Virus record (IMG/VR): IMGVR_UViG_3300032248_000400
Span: 1-64,000 of that record
From: a virus
Lineage: Duplodnaviria; Caudoviricetes
Length of the DNA stretch: 64,000 bases
Reading direction: 5' to 3' (one strand)
In this document: piece after piece, positions 38,947 to 46,547 of the stretch
How the letters are laid out: each line of letters starts with the position of its first letter
Numbering within the stretch: position 1 is the first letter of the stretch
Program-made: the position numbers and the translations under genes
Notes under the pieces: model-generated
Told to the model about the DNA's origin: nothing
The model's database searches: none
What the model saw: only the letters and a program-made list of their open reading frames with translations

Positions 38947-39546
38947 ATGGTAGAACAACCAACTGGGTTTAAAAACCTATTAAATAAAATGATGGCCAGA
39001 AGATGGTACATCACTGCATTAGTATTGGGTGGATTTATGTTAATAATTGGAGGCATATTTGCTGCTGTATTAGGAAAATCTCCAATAGCAGGGGAATGGA
39101 AAGAACTTCTATTATTATTATTAGGAGCATTCATAGGTTCTTATGGTAAAATCATCGACTATTGGTTTAGTGATACTGATAAGGATAAAATGTTAGTTCA
39201 GAAAATGGATGAGGAAGATGGTACTACATTGAGTAATACAGCAGATATGCCAAACAATCCAATTGTTCCAACGAATATATCTCCATTAGCATTACCAACA
39301 TCAGAACCAAATAATCCACAACATATTGAATCTCCTTTCAAACCTGAAACAAAAGTAGGTGTTGAAGTGGATGAAGATGGTGATGGTGTAATGGATGGTA
39401 TAGATAACGATGGTGATGGTAAAATAGATGAATACTTTACACATAGGCAATGTGAACACATCTGGGGTGATAGTGATGGTGATGGCGATTTAGAGTGTTT
39501 AAAATGCGGAAAAATAAAAGATGAAGATGCAGAGCAAGTGGGATAA
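38947..39546 (+). CDS. 2-TM holin-like protein with DxDxDG repeats and Cys/His finger
   Basis: Two TMs, IIDYWFS; DEDGDG, DNDGDG, DSDGDGD; CEH...CLKC. Confidence 0.6.
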   Translation: MVEQPTGFKNLLNKMMARRWYITALVLGGFMLIIGGIFAAVLGKSPIAGEWKELLLLLLGAFIGSYGKIIDYWFSDTDKDKMLVQKMDEEDGTTLSNTADMPNNPIVPTNISPLALPTSEPNNPQHIESPFKPETKVGVEVDEDGDGVMDGIDNDGDGKIDEYFTHRQCEHIWGDSDGDGDLECLKCGKIKDEDAEQVG

Positions 39547-39711
39547 TCAAAGAGAAGATAAGCTAGCTAGAATTATCAAAATGGAATTAGAAATAATAGA
39601 AGCAATCAGAAATGGCCATAAACCTGCTGATAATGATGAATTCAAAAGTTACAGAGAAGAAATGAATAGGTTACGAATTGAATTAAAACTAAAATAAAAA
39701 GGAGTAACACT

Positions 39712-39981
39712 ATGGGATTTATTAAAGAACTTTTCAAAGACAACAATGACATAAACGAAAAATCAGTAGTTGGTTTCTTGTCATTCACATGTATGGTAGC
39801 TGCATTAGCAGTAGACCTTATAACCGGTTGGATGGGTAGACCATTGGAAATCAATGAGTACATTTTTAACGGATTTTTAGTAATAACATTAGGTTCATTT
39901 GGCATTGCATCGGTTGATAAATACATTAACCGAAAAGCAGAACACGATGCAGCTAAGTTGGAAGCTGAAGAGGAAGGATAA
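39712..39981 (+). CDS. 2-TM holin-like protein
   Basis: INEKSVVGFLSF, two TMs; AAGGAG at 39699. Confidence 0.6.
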   Translation: MGFIKELFKDNNDINEKSVVGFLSFTCMVAALAVDLITGWMGRPLEINEYIFNGFLVITLGSFGIASVDKYINRKAEHDAAKLEAEEEG

Positions 39982-39989
39982 AAATTTAG

Positions 39990-40016
39990 AAAGGGAGTTA
40001 AATACTCCCTTTTTTT
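39990..40016 (+). terminator. intrinsic terminator
   Basis: AAAGGGAGT-TAAAT-ACTCCCTTT plus TTTT. Confidence 0.85.
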
Positions 40017-40040
40017 ATATTTATACTAAACAATTTATGT

Positions 40041-40763
40041 ATGGGAAAATTATTCACATTATTAAGTTTCTTTTTGTTAAGCGTTGTTGCCGCTAATTCG
40101 CAAACAATAGGAAGCACTAAAACAGAACAATACAAAGCATCATTTGAAACAGCAATTGATATTTCTCAATTTTTAGATTATGATGGACCACAAATTCCAA
40201 TTCAAATATTAAAGTGTGGTATATCTGATGAGATGTATGAAATGTATCCTGAACTTAAAGAAAAAAGAGTAGGATTGGGTGTTGCTAACATATCAATGGA
40301 GTATTTGGAAAACCTTAATCGTTTCAAATTTACCGAAGATAAAACAGAAATTAAGAATAGGATGGTTAAACAATTCCAAGCATCTCAAGCTGGTATTTCT
40401 GAAAACAAATTAGATGGTAGGGGAAAGATTAACTTAGCAAAATACTTTGTAACGATTGAGTGTTATGATTATTCCGTATCAGAAGATGAGACAGTAAATT
40501 TGAAAGATGGTATTAAAAATCTAATGGTGACTCGTATTGGTTTACAAGTTCGTTTTACTGATGCAGAAACAGGCGTAGTATTTGGAGCAAGTGGATTGGG
40601 TGAAGCTAAAACTACAAGAGAGTTAACCTTATTATCAGATGCAACTGTGGATCCAGTTAAGTTCAATCAATCAACTATCTCTATTGCAACTAAAAAAGCA
40701 TTGGATATAGCATGTGCAAGGATTTTGGATAGAATGATTAAAAAACAAATATTTACAAAATAA
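40041..40763 (+). CDS. CsgG/HfaB-like exported protein
   Basis: Signal ending ANS-Q; GLGVANI..EYL.N.NRF...E, LQVRFTDAETG. Confidence 0.72.
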   Translation: MGKLFTLLSFFLLSVVAANSQTIGSTKTEQYKASFETAIDISQFLDYDGPQIPIQILKCGISDEMYEMYPELKEKRVGLGVANISMEYLENLNRFKFTEDKTEIKNRMVKQFQASQAGISENKLDGRGKINLAKYFVTIECYDYSVSEDETVNLKDGIKNLMVTRIGLQVRFTDAETGVVFGASGLGEAKTTRELTLLSDATVDPVKFNQSTISIATKKALDIACARILDRMIKKQIFTK

Positions 40764-40769
40764 CAAACT

Positions 40770-40883
40770 ATGGGTAGCGCACCAAAAAAACCAAGACCAA
40801 TGAAATCTAGACGTAATGGATTAAAACATCGTGATAGAATTAATAAGAACAATGAAGTAATAAAAAAACTAAGTAAAAGTTAA
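40770..40883 (+). CDS. 37 aa basic peptide
   Basis: Hand-translated MGSAPKKPRPMKSRRNGLKHRDRINKNNEVIKKLSKS. Confidence 0.55.
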   Translation: MGSAPKKPRPMKSRRNGLKHRDRINKNNEVIKKLSKS

Positions 40884-40887
40884 ATCT

Positions 40888-41193
40888 ATGAAAAATTTTT
40901 TAATTTTATTTATTCTTGCATTTATGGGATGTACGACTACACAATATGTAATGGTAGACCCGAAAGATTCTACTAAACTTGTTGAAGTTCATAAAAGAAT
41001 AATTTATGATGATATGTATTTTAGTTCACCATTTTATTATAATTATGACTGGTATAATAGGAACTATTATTATCAACGACCAATGATTGTTCCAAATTAT
41101 AGACCTATAATAATTCATACACCCGATAGAGGACAACCGCATCATAGAGAAGGGAGTGCACCAATTAGAACATTTCCGAAAAGAAAAGATTAA
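40888..41193 (+). CDS. small Tyr/Pro-rich lipoprotein
   Basis: Lipobox FMGC. Confidence 0.65.
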   Translation: MKNFLILFILAFMGCTTTQYVMVDPKDSTKLVEVHKRIIYDDMYFSSPFYYNYDWYNRNYYYQRPMIVPNYRPIIIHTPDRGQPHHREGSAPIRTFPKRKD

Positions 41194-41198
41194 TACAA

Positions 41199-42578
41199 AT
41201 GAAAAGATACATACTCTGTTTGTTTGTATTAATTATTTGTGCATTAACTCAAAAAGTAAATGGACAAACGTATTCGCAAACATTCATAGATAAGTGTACA
41301 GGCGAAACCAAAATAGCAACTACCACATATATAAATGGTAATGCTTATGTATCTTTCTATAATCAATCAAAAGTATTCACGCCACTTGAAGTTCAAAGTG
41401 GAGTATTGCAAGCATGGTTACTTGCAACAAAATCATCATACGAAGCATTAACTTGTCCCGTTACAAACAATCCTATTGTTCAACAAACGGTAACACAGGC
41501 GGTAACACAAGCTACATCACAGGCTGCATCAACTGCAGCAACTACTGCAGCAACTGCCGCTGCAAGTGCAGCATCTTCATCCGCATCTGCAGCAGCAAGT
41601 AGTTCAGCATCCACTGCCGCTTCATCGGTAGTCGCCCCACCACAAACAAATGTAGCACCTACGGCGGCACCACCACCTGCAAGTGGTAGTAGTTCTACAC
41701 CACCTGCACAGAGTGGTAGTTCATCATCTTCATCCAGTAGTTCATCTTCATCATCTGAAAGTAAAACTGAAAGTAGTTCAACATCATCCGAGTCAAAGAG
41801 CGAGAGTAAATCGGAAAGCAAAACGGAAGAGAAAAAAGAAGAATCTAAATCTGAAAGTAAAGAAGAAAAAAAAGAAGAGAAGAAAACGGAATCTAAAAAA
41901 GAAGAAAAGAAGAAATCACAAAATATAAACCCAACATTATTAGCATCCGATTTAACAACGGCACAAAACCCTGATAAGAGATTTAATGTTATGTTATCAG
42001 TTGGGGTATCACATTCATCTATGGCAGGTGACAAATCATACTCTCTGAATGGTATAATTTGGAGTTCACTAAATCAATTTGCATTATCATCTGGCTATAC
42101 TAAAATGGAATTTGAAGATGGTAAGTTAAATGCTATACACTCATACGGAGTTACTGCCGCATACCTAATTGGAAACTACATGAATATGGTATCATATACT
42201 TACATAAAACCTGATCCAAAATATGGTACGTATGGTTGTAATGTTGGAGTGATAGGTTTACTTTTAAAAAATCAAAAAGGTGGATTTGATTTCAATGTGG
42301 TATCATCCGCTGTAGGATTTTGGACAAAGCAGTACCCTGTAAATAGGAAATTAGTTTTATCACCGCAAATATTTACAATGGTATCACCATTATCTTATAA
42401 TTCAAATGCAAATAATAGTACAAAAAATTCAAACGCAGGATTTCTAATTGGGTCATCTTTTGATTATAAATTAAGTAAGAGATTTGGTTTCAGTTTTAAT
42501 TACAAAGCAAATATGAATACACAGCCTGGCTCACCTATATTACATAATTTTTTAATAGGTAGTAGAGTTATTTTATAA
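41199..42578 (+). CDS. exported protein with low-complexity stalk and C-terminal OM beta-barrel
   Basis: Signal ending VNG-Q; Cys pair; A/T/S/P then S/E/K linker; amphipathic strands ending FLIGSRVIL. Confidence 0.65.
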   Translation: MKRYILCLFVLIICALTQKVNGQTYSQTFIDKCTGETKIATTTYINGNAYVSFYNQSKVFTPLEVQSGVLQAWLLATKSSYEALTCPVTNNPIVQQTVTQAVTQATSQAASTAATTAATAAASAASSSASAAASSSASTAASSVVAPPQTNVAPTAAPPPASGSSSTPPAQSGSSSSSSSSSSSSSESKTESSSTSSESKSESKSESKTEEKKEESKSESKEEKKEEKKTESKKEEKKKSQNINPTLLASDLTTAQNPDKRFNVMLSVGVSHSSMAGDKSYSLNGIIWSSLNQFALSSGYTKMEFEDGKLNAIHSYGVTAAYLIGNYMNMVSYTYIKPDPKYGTYGCNVGVIGLLLKNQKGGFDFNVVSSAVGFWTKQYPVNRKLVLSPQIFTMVSPLSYNSNANNSTKNSNAGFLIGSSFDYKLSKRFGFSFNYKANMNTQPGSPILHNFLIGSRVIL

Positions 42579-42636
42579 TCGTATATTTATTCAAAAGTTA
42601 TTCATTATTAACGAAATAAATCATTAATGAAAGAGG

Positions 42637-42867
42637 GTGAGGAACGGATTAAAAAAACTCCACGAAAGGAGAATGGAATACTCAAAAAACTTATTGCTGA
42701 TGTTAGCAATGTTTTTCAATCCATTCGGGTTCGATGCACTTTTCAAATTAACGATGGATTTGACAGGTTCTTATTGGATTACGGACGTAATATTTTATTG
42801 CGTTTCGGGTCTCTTATTTGGTTCATATTTATTATTATCAAATTATCAAAATAAAAAAACTCAATGA
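42637..42867 (+). CDS. small 2-TM protein
   Basis: GTG start; MFFNPFGFD...W.TDVIFY. Confidence 0.6.
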   Translation: MRNGLKKLHERRMEYSKNLLLMLAMFFNPFGFDALFKLTMDLTGSYWITDVIFYCVSGLLFGSYLLLSNYQNKKTQ

Positions 42868-43466
42868 AAAAAATAGTTGTTCTTATATCTTTACTTTTAA
42901 TTTCAATTTTTGTATGTTCACAAGATACAATTCGAGTAAAAAATAAAGTATTTGAAGTTTTATATTCACAAAACTTAGAACAACCACTTTGGATAAAATA
43001 CCATTCAACAAATAGACCTACAAATGTTAATAGGGGAGCAATGGATTTTTATAAAGAACCTAATATCAAAACATCAGATGCAGATGATTATAAAGCAAAT
43101 GTATACGATAAAGGACATGGTGCACCCGCTGCTTCATTCTCTGATAATATGGTAAACCTAAAACAAACATTCTCTTATCTGAATTGTATATTACAAAATC
43201 AATATCTTAATAGAGGTGAATGGAGATTGTTAGAAGAGCAAGAAAGAAGATGGGATGATTTAGAAAATCTGACAGTAATAATTAAAGTATTCTTTGATGA
43301 ATCTGTTAAAAGATTACCAACAAACGTAGCAATACCTTCTTATTTAGAAAAACACATATATTTTGAAAAATCTAAACAATGGAAATGTTTTGTATTTTTA
43401 AATCAAAAACCTGAATACCATTGGCAGCAATTAGAACTGACATGTGAACCAAACGCTCACAAATAA
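42864..43466 (+). CDS. secreted DNA/RNA non-specific endonuclease
   Basis: Signal peptide; YDKGHGAPAA, TF..LN...Q...LNRG.W..LE. Confidence 0.9.
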   Translation: MKKIVVLISLLLISIFVCSQDTIRVKNKVFEVLYSQNLEQPLWIKYHSTNRPTNVNRGAMDFYKEPNIKTSDADDYKANVYDKGHGAPAASFSDNMVNLKQTFSYLNCILQNQYLNRGEWRLLEEQERRWDDLENLTVIIKVFFDESVKRLPTNVAIPSYLEKHIYFEKSKQWKCFVFLNQKPEYHWQQLELTCEPNAHK

Positions 43467-43921
43467 TGTTTAGACCTAATCATTTACACTTATTAGTTAA
43501 GGGTTATTTAAAAACCCCACCTAAAACAGAAAAGATTCTTAATATCTTTTTTACACAATTAGTTAGTAATGTCGGAATGAAAGTAGTAGCCGGGCCTACA
43601 TCGGTTTATGTGAATGAGCCGGGTAATGAAGGTATAACGGGAACTGTCACCTTAGCTACATCGCACGCATCAATTCACGTATGGGATGCAGAGAAGCCAG
43701 CAATGTTTCAGTTCGACCTGTATAGTTGTTCAGAGTTTACACCATCGCAAGTTCTAAATGAAATTGATTATTGGTTTGGACTTGATTCAGCAAATTGGGT
43801 AATGATTGATAGAAACCATAGCAAATTCTTTGAACTATCACATGGTGAATGGAAACAAAAAGGGGCTGGGGATAAAACAGTCGTTAAAGAAGGAAAATTT
43901 TTTGATAGTAATGAGCGATAA
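43466..43921 (+). CDS. AdoMet decarboxylase-family proenzyme
   Basis: GITG...LATSHASIHVW, FDLYSCS. Confidence 0.85.
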   Translation: MFRPNHLHLLVKGYLKTPPKTEKILNIFFTQLVSNVGMKVVAGPTSVYVNEPGNEGITGTVTLATSHASIHVWDAEKPAMFQFDLYSCSEFTPSQVLNEIDYWFGLDSANWVMIDRNHSKFFELSHGEWKQKGAGDKTVVKEGKFFDSNER

Positions 43922-44013
43922 CAGCATAAATAACATCTGCCCACTATGCGCCAAGCTCCTCTCAGGAGACGGGATATGTTGGCCATGCACTTTAGAACGA
44001 AATACCTAAACCT

Positions 44014-44526
44014 ATGAGAGCCATAAAATTAGTAAGCCAAACCGAAGAAACCGAATTGATGATACGATTGGGTAACGAATTGAGTACCGCCGGATTCAAT
44101 GCCGATACGGCGTGTATTATAACTGTTTCTACGGATTATAGTTCCGTGGTAGGTCAATACCTTCGGCACCGATTATCGAGCGGTGGTGAGGTTTGTGAGG
44201 GGTTTGGAGTGGATGTTCCATACCCTGATGAGAATTGGGATGATACGTATCAAACCGGATTGGCACGTGCATTCACCAACAACATGTCCATACTGAGAAA
44301 GCGGACCCCAATACTGGTTGAAGCCGGTGTGATTAGGGGTGGTAACTACGAATGGATTACAAATTGGATGCGAAAATATTTGGCATTTGATAAAAAAATT
44401 ATTACATTAGCACTATATGAAAACCTACACTCTCGGTTTAAATCGGATTTTGTAGGCGAATACTATGATAACGAAACCGAAGATTTAACTTTTTGGTGGG
44501 AACGAGAAAACCGGCATTGGAAATAA
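44014..44526 (+). CDS. phosphoribosyltransferase-like protein
   Basis: ILVEAGVIRGGN resembles a PRPP loop; visibly more GC-rich than flanks. Confidence 0.5.
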   Translation: MRAIKLVSQTEETELMIRLGNELSTAGFNADTACIITVSTDYSSVVGQYLRHRLSSGGEVCEGFGVDVPYPDENWDDTYQTGLARAFTNNMSILRKRTPILVEAGVIRGGNYEWITNWMRKYLAFDKKIITLALYENLHSRFKSDFVGEYYDNETEDLTFWWERENRHWK

Positions 44527-44536
44527 AAACAAAAGA

Positions 44537-44689
44537 ATGAAGATTAAGAATTGGGAGAAATTTGTAACAACAGATGAAGAACCCCCAAAATTCCAAAAGA
44601 AAAAACCCAAATCAAAGCGTATGTTGGGTGAAGAATGGATAAAATCGGGTAAAAAACCGGTTGAAAAGAGGCGTTTGAGGCCTGAATAG
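44537..44689 (+). CDS. 50 aa basic hypothetical protein
   Basis: Hand-translated MKIKNWEKFVTTDEEPPKFQKKK...RLRPE. Confidence 0.45.
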   Translation: MKIKNWEKFVTTDEEPPKFQKKKPKSKRMLGEEWIKSGKKPVEKRRLRPE

Positions 44690-44740
44690 GGTTAGTGTGT
44701 AATTGCCTAATTCGTTGAAAACCAATGATATAAAAATTTA

Positions 44741-44772
44741 TTTGGCGGATTGAAATATTTATGGTATATTTG
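44741..44772 (+). promoter_or_regulatory. promoter for tmRNA
   Basis: TTTG 44741, N20, TATATTTG 44765 (perfect -7 box). Confidence 0.85.
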
Positions 44773-44812
44773 TATTCATCCGTTAAATAATCGGATTAGT
44801 TCTTTAAAATAT

Positions 44813-45224
44813 GGGGATGTTTGGAATCGATTGCTATGCAAAAGATAGTACCACATGCAGAGATATCGTATTAGTTCTCTTTAAATCTATACGAAACAAT
44901 AACTGACGCTAAGTCAACAATGACCTTCGATGACCTTATGGCATTCGTAGGTGCGGATTACGCTGTAGCAGCCTAGTCCAACTCGGGTGAGTAACCTAGG
45001 AACAGAACTACTCTGAGCGTTCACGATCGACTCATTAAATAAAGATAGTGGAAATGGTTTTCTTTGTTTCATAAAACAAAGTGGTGGACTCGGCCCATAA
45101 AACGGTCAACCCTATACGGTGCAGACCATTTCGTTGGTATCAACAAAATGGCCAGTACTAAGCATGTGAATCTCTGGTATTATAGTTTCTTAGTAAGACG
45201 CGAGTTCGAATCTCGCCATCTCCA
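44813..45224 (+). ncRNA. ssrA: tmRNA; tag (A)DAKSTMTFDDLMAFVGADYAVAA*
   Basis: GGGGATG/CATCTCC-A acceptor stem with G3:U; T-arm GCGAG-TTCGAAT-CTCGC; ATAACT before resume codon GAC 44905; TAG 44974-44976. Confidence 0.96.
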
Positions 45225-45325
45225 CGAATATTATTTAAGTATGGTAATCCTACTAACACAACTAGCGGACTTGAATAATAAATAAAAAAAGATTTGGTGA
45301 ATTGAAAAATTTATCCTATCTTACA

Positions 45326-45411
45326 TTTAAGATGGTTGATTGAAGCCAACAACTAATAAAACCGATTGTGTGACCCCGTAAGGAATAAAGCCGGATATCG
45401 AACATCTTAAA
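45326..45411 (+). ncRNA. candidate small RNA 1
   Basis: Between promoters 1 and 2; closed by TTTAAGATG/CATCTTAAA; CC-GTAA-GG loop. Confidence 0.45.
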
Positions 45412-45449
45412 AAAAGATTTGGTAGATTGAAAAAAATATCTTATCTTTA

Positions 45450-45509
45450 TAAAGATTCAGAAATAAAGTAGTTGATTGGTTCGCCAGAAAACAAAATTGA
45501 GAATCTTTA
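45450..45509 (+). ncRNA. candidate small RNA 2
   Basis: Between promoters 2 and 3; closed by TAAAGATTC/GAATCTTTA; TGG-TTCG-CCA loop. Confidence 0.4.
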
Positions 45510-45579
45510 AAAATAAATTTGGTAGATTGAAAAAGATTTCGTATCTTTAATTCTAACAAAGAAGTTCTTTAACATAATG

Positions 45580-46458
45580 AATAATTTACATAGTGAGTTC
45601 GTCTCACATAGTAAATAACCGCCGCCTATGGTGGTTAAATAAACTACGAAAGTAGGATAAAGTGAGTGTATTGGTTTAATACATTTGCGGCTACTCTCCC
45701 CGTAAGGAGAGATTAGCTTGAGTAGGCAAGTGGGGTATCACTTGGGCTTTGTACGAAAGGGTAACACTATATCGGAAGAGTTTGAGTGACCGGGGTAAGT
45801 AGATACTTCGGTTGAGTTCGGAAGAACAATAAGAATAACCCATAGAATTTATGTAAGAAATCAGAACTTAATCCCTTCTGACTATTGCGTGATTCAATAT
45901 TAGAGTGGTCTTAACATCAAGCTATCCGAAAGGACGTAAGATAAGACTGTGTACAGGTGGTGCTGTTACTATCCTTTTATAAAGTGTACCAACGCTTATA
46001 AATGAAGATGACTCAAAATATGGTGATAGGGATATCACATCGGGTAGTTTAGTATTTCGTTTTTCAAAAGAAAACGGAGCTTGGGGCAAACCACTATCTG
46101 AATCCATCTACAAACCACAAACTTTTATCAAATGGAATTTGATTATTCAATAACAATAAAAGCATAAGTGTTTGCCAGTTACGGACGAAAGGTGTGTACA
46201 TAGTAGGGAGTTGTTCTCTGCCACGATACCTCCGCAAGAGGTCTGTGATTCTATCTAAAAGTTTCTAATTCCGCAAGAACTAATCAGGCTGCGAGGCTTG
46301 AGGAAATGGAGTAAATAGAGAGTAAGACGTAACTCAAAGACTGATAGTCTCAAATCATCCACATTGTATCGGTACTACTCAAAAGGTAGTGGATAAGAAA
46401 GGAAACAAATAATCTTTCTAAAGTTGGTACACCTGAAGAGGTAATCTCACTCTTTTAT
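45580..46458 (+). ncRNA. large ornate structured RNA, GOLLD-like (~870 nt)
   Basis: No + strand ORF; GC-richer than flanks; dense hairpins with GNRA loops; own promoter; abuts tRNA-Gly. Class assignment is inferred and ends are approximate. Confidence 0.68.
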
Positions 46459-46460
46459 TA

Positions 46461-46531
46461 GCGGAATTAGTGTAACGGTAGCACACTTACCTTCCAGGTG
46501 AGAGGATGGAGTTCAATTCTCTGGTCCCGCT
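46461..46531 (+). tRNA. tRNA-Gly(TCC), imperfect stems, no encoded CCA
   Basis: CTTAC-CTTCCAG-GTGAG anticodon arm, TTCAATT T-loop, U73. Confidence 0.8.
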
Positions 46532-46547
46532 CTATATGATATAAGTT

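Larger units (their letters stand above)
45293..45549 (+). promoter_or_regulatory. three tandem near-identical Bacteroidota-type promoters
   Basis: TTTGGT(GA/AG)ATTGAAAAA-N-TATCTT at 45293, 45418 and 45518, all with N20 spacing. Confidence 0.85.

Noticed and set aside
41500-41910. DNA tandem repeat array
   Set aside because: Codon-level low complexity of an A/S/E/K linker, with no exact repeat unit.
45064-45285. 73 aa ORF
   Set aside because: Overlaps the tmRNA 3' half and T-arm.
45288-45550. Mini CRISPR array
   Set aside because: The repeats are imperfect, non-palindromic and match the promoter consensus exactly; spacers are unequal and long; no cas genes (the 2240 nuclease is 43 kb away in a replication context).
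45580-46458. Group I/II intron, rRNA fragment or RNase P RNA
   Set aside because: No flanking exons, no recognisable domain V, P7 or RNase P P4 signature, and no rRNA universal sequences seen by eye; a covariance search is still needed.
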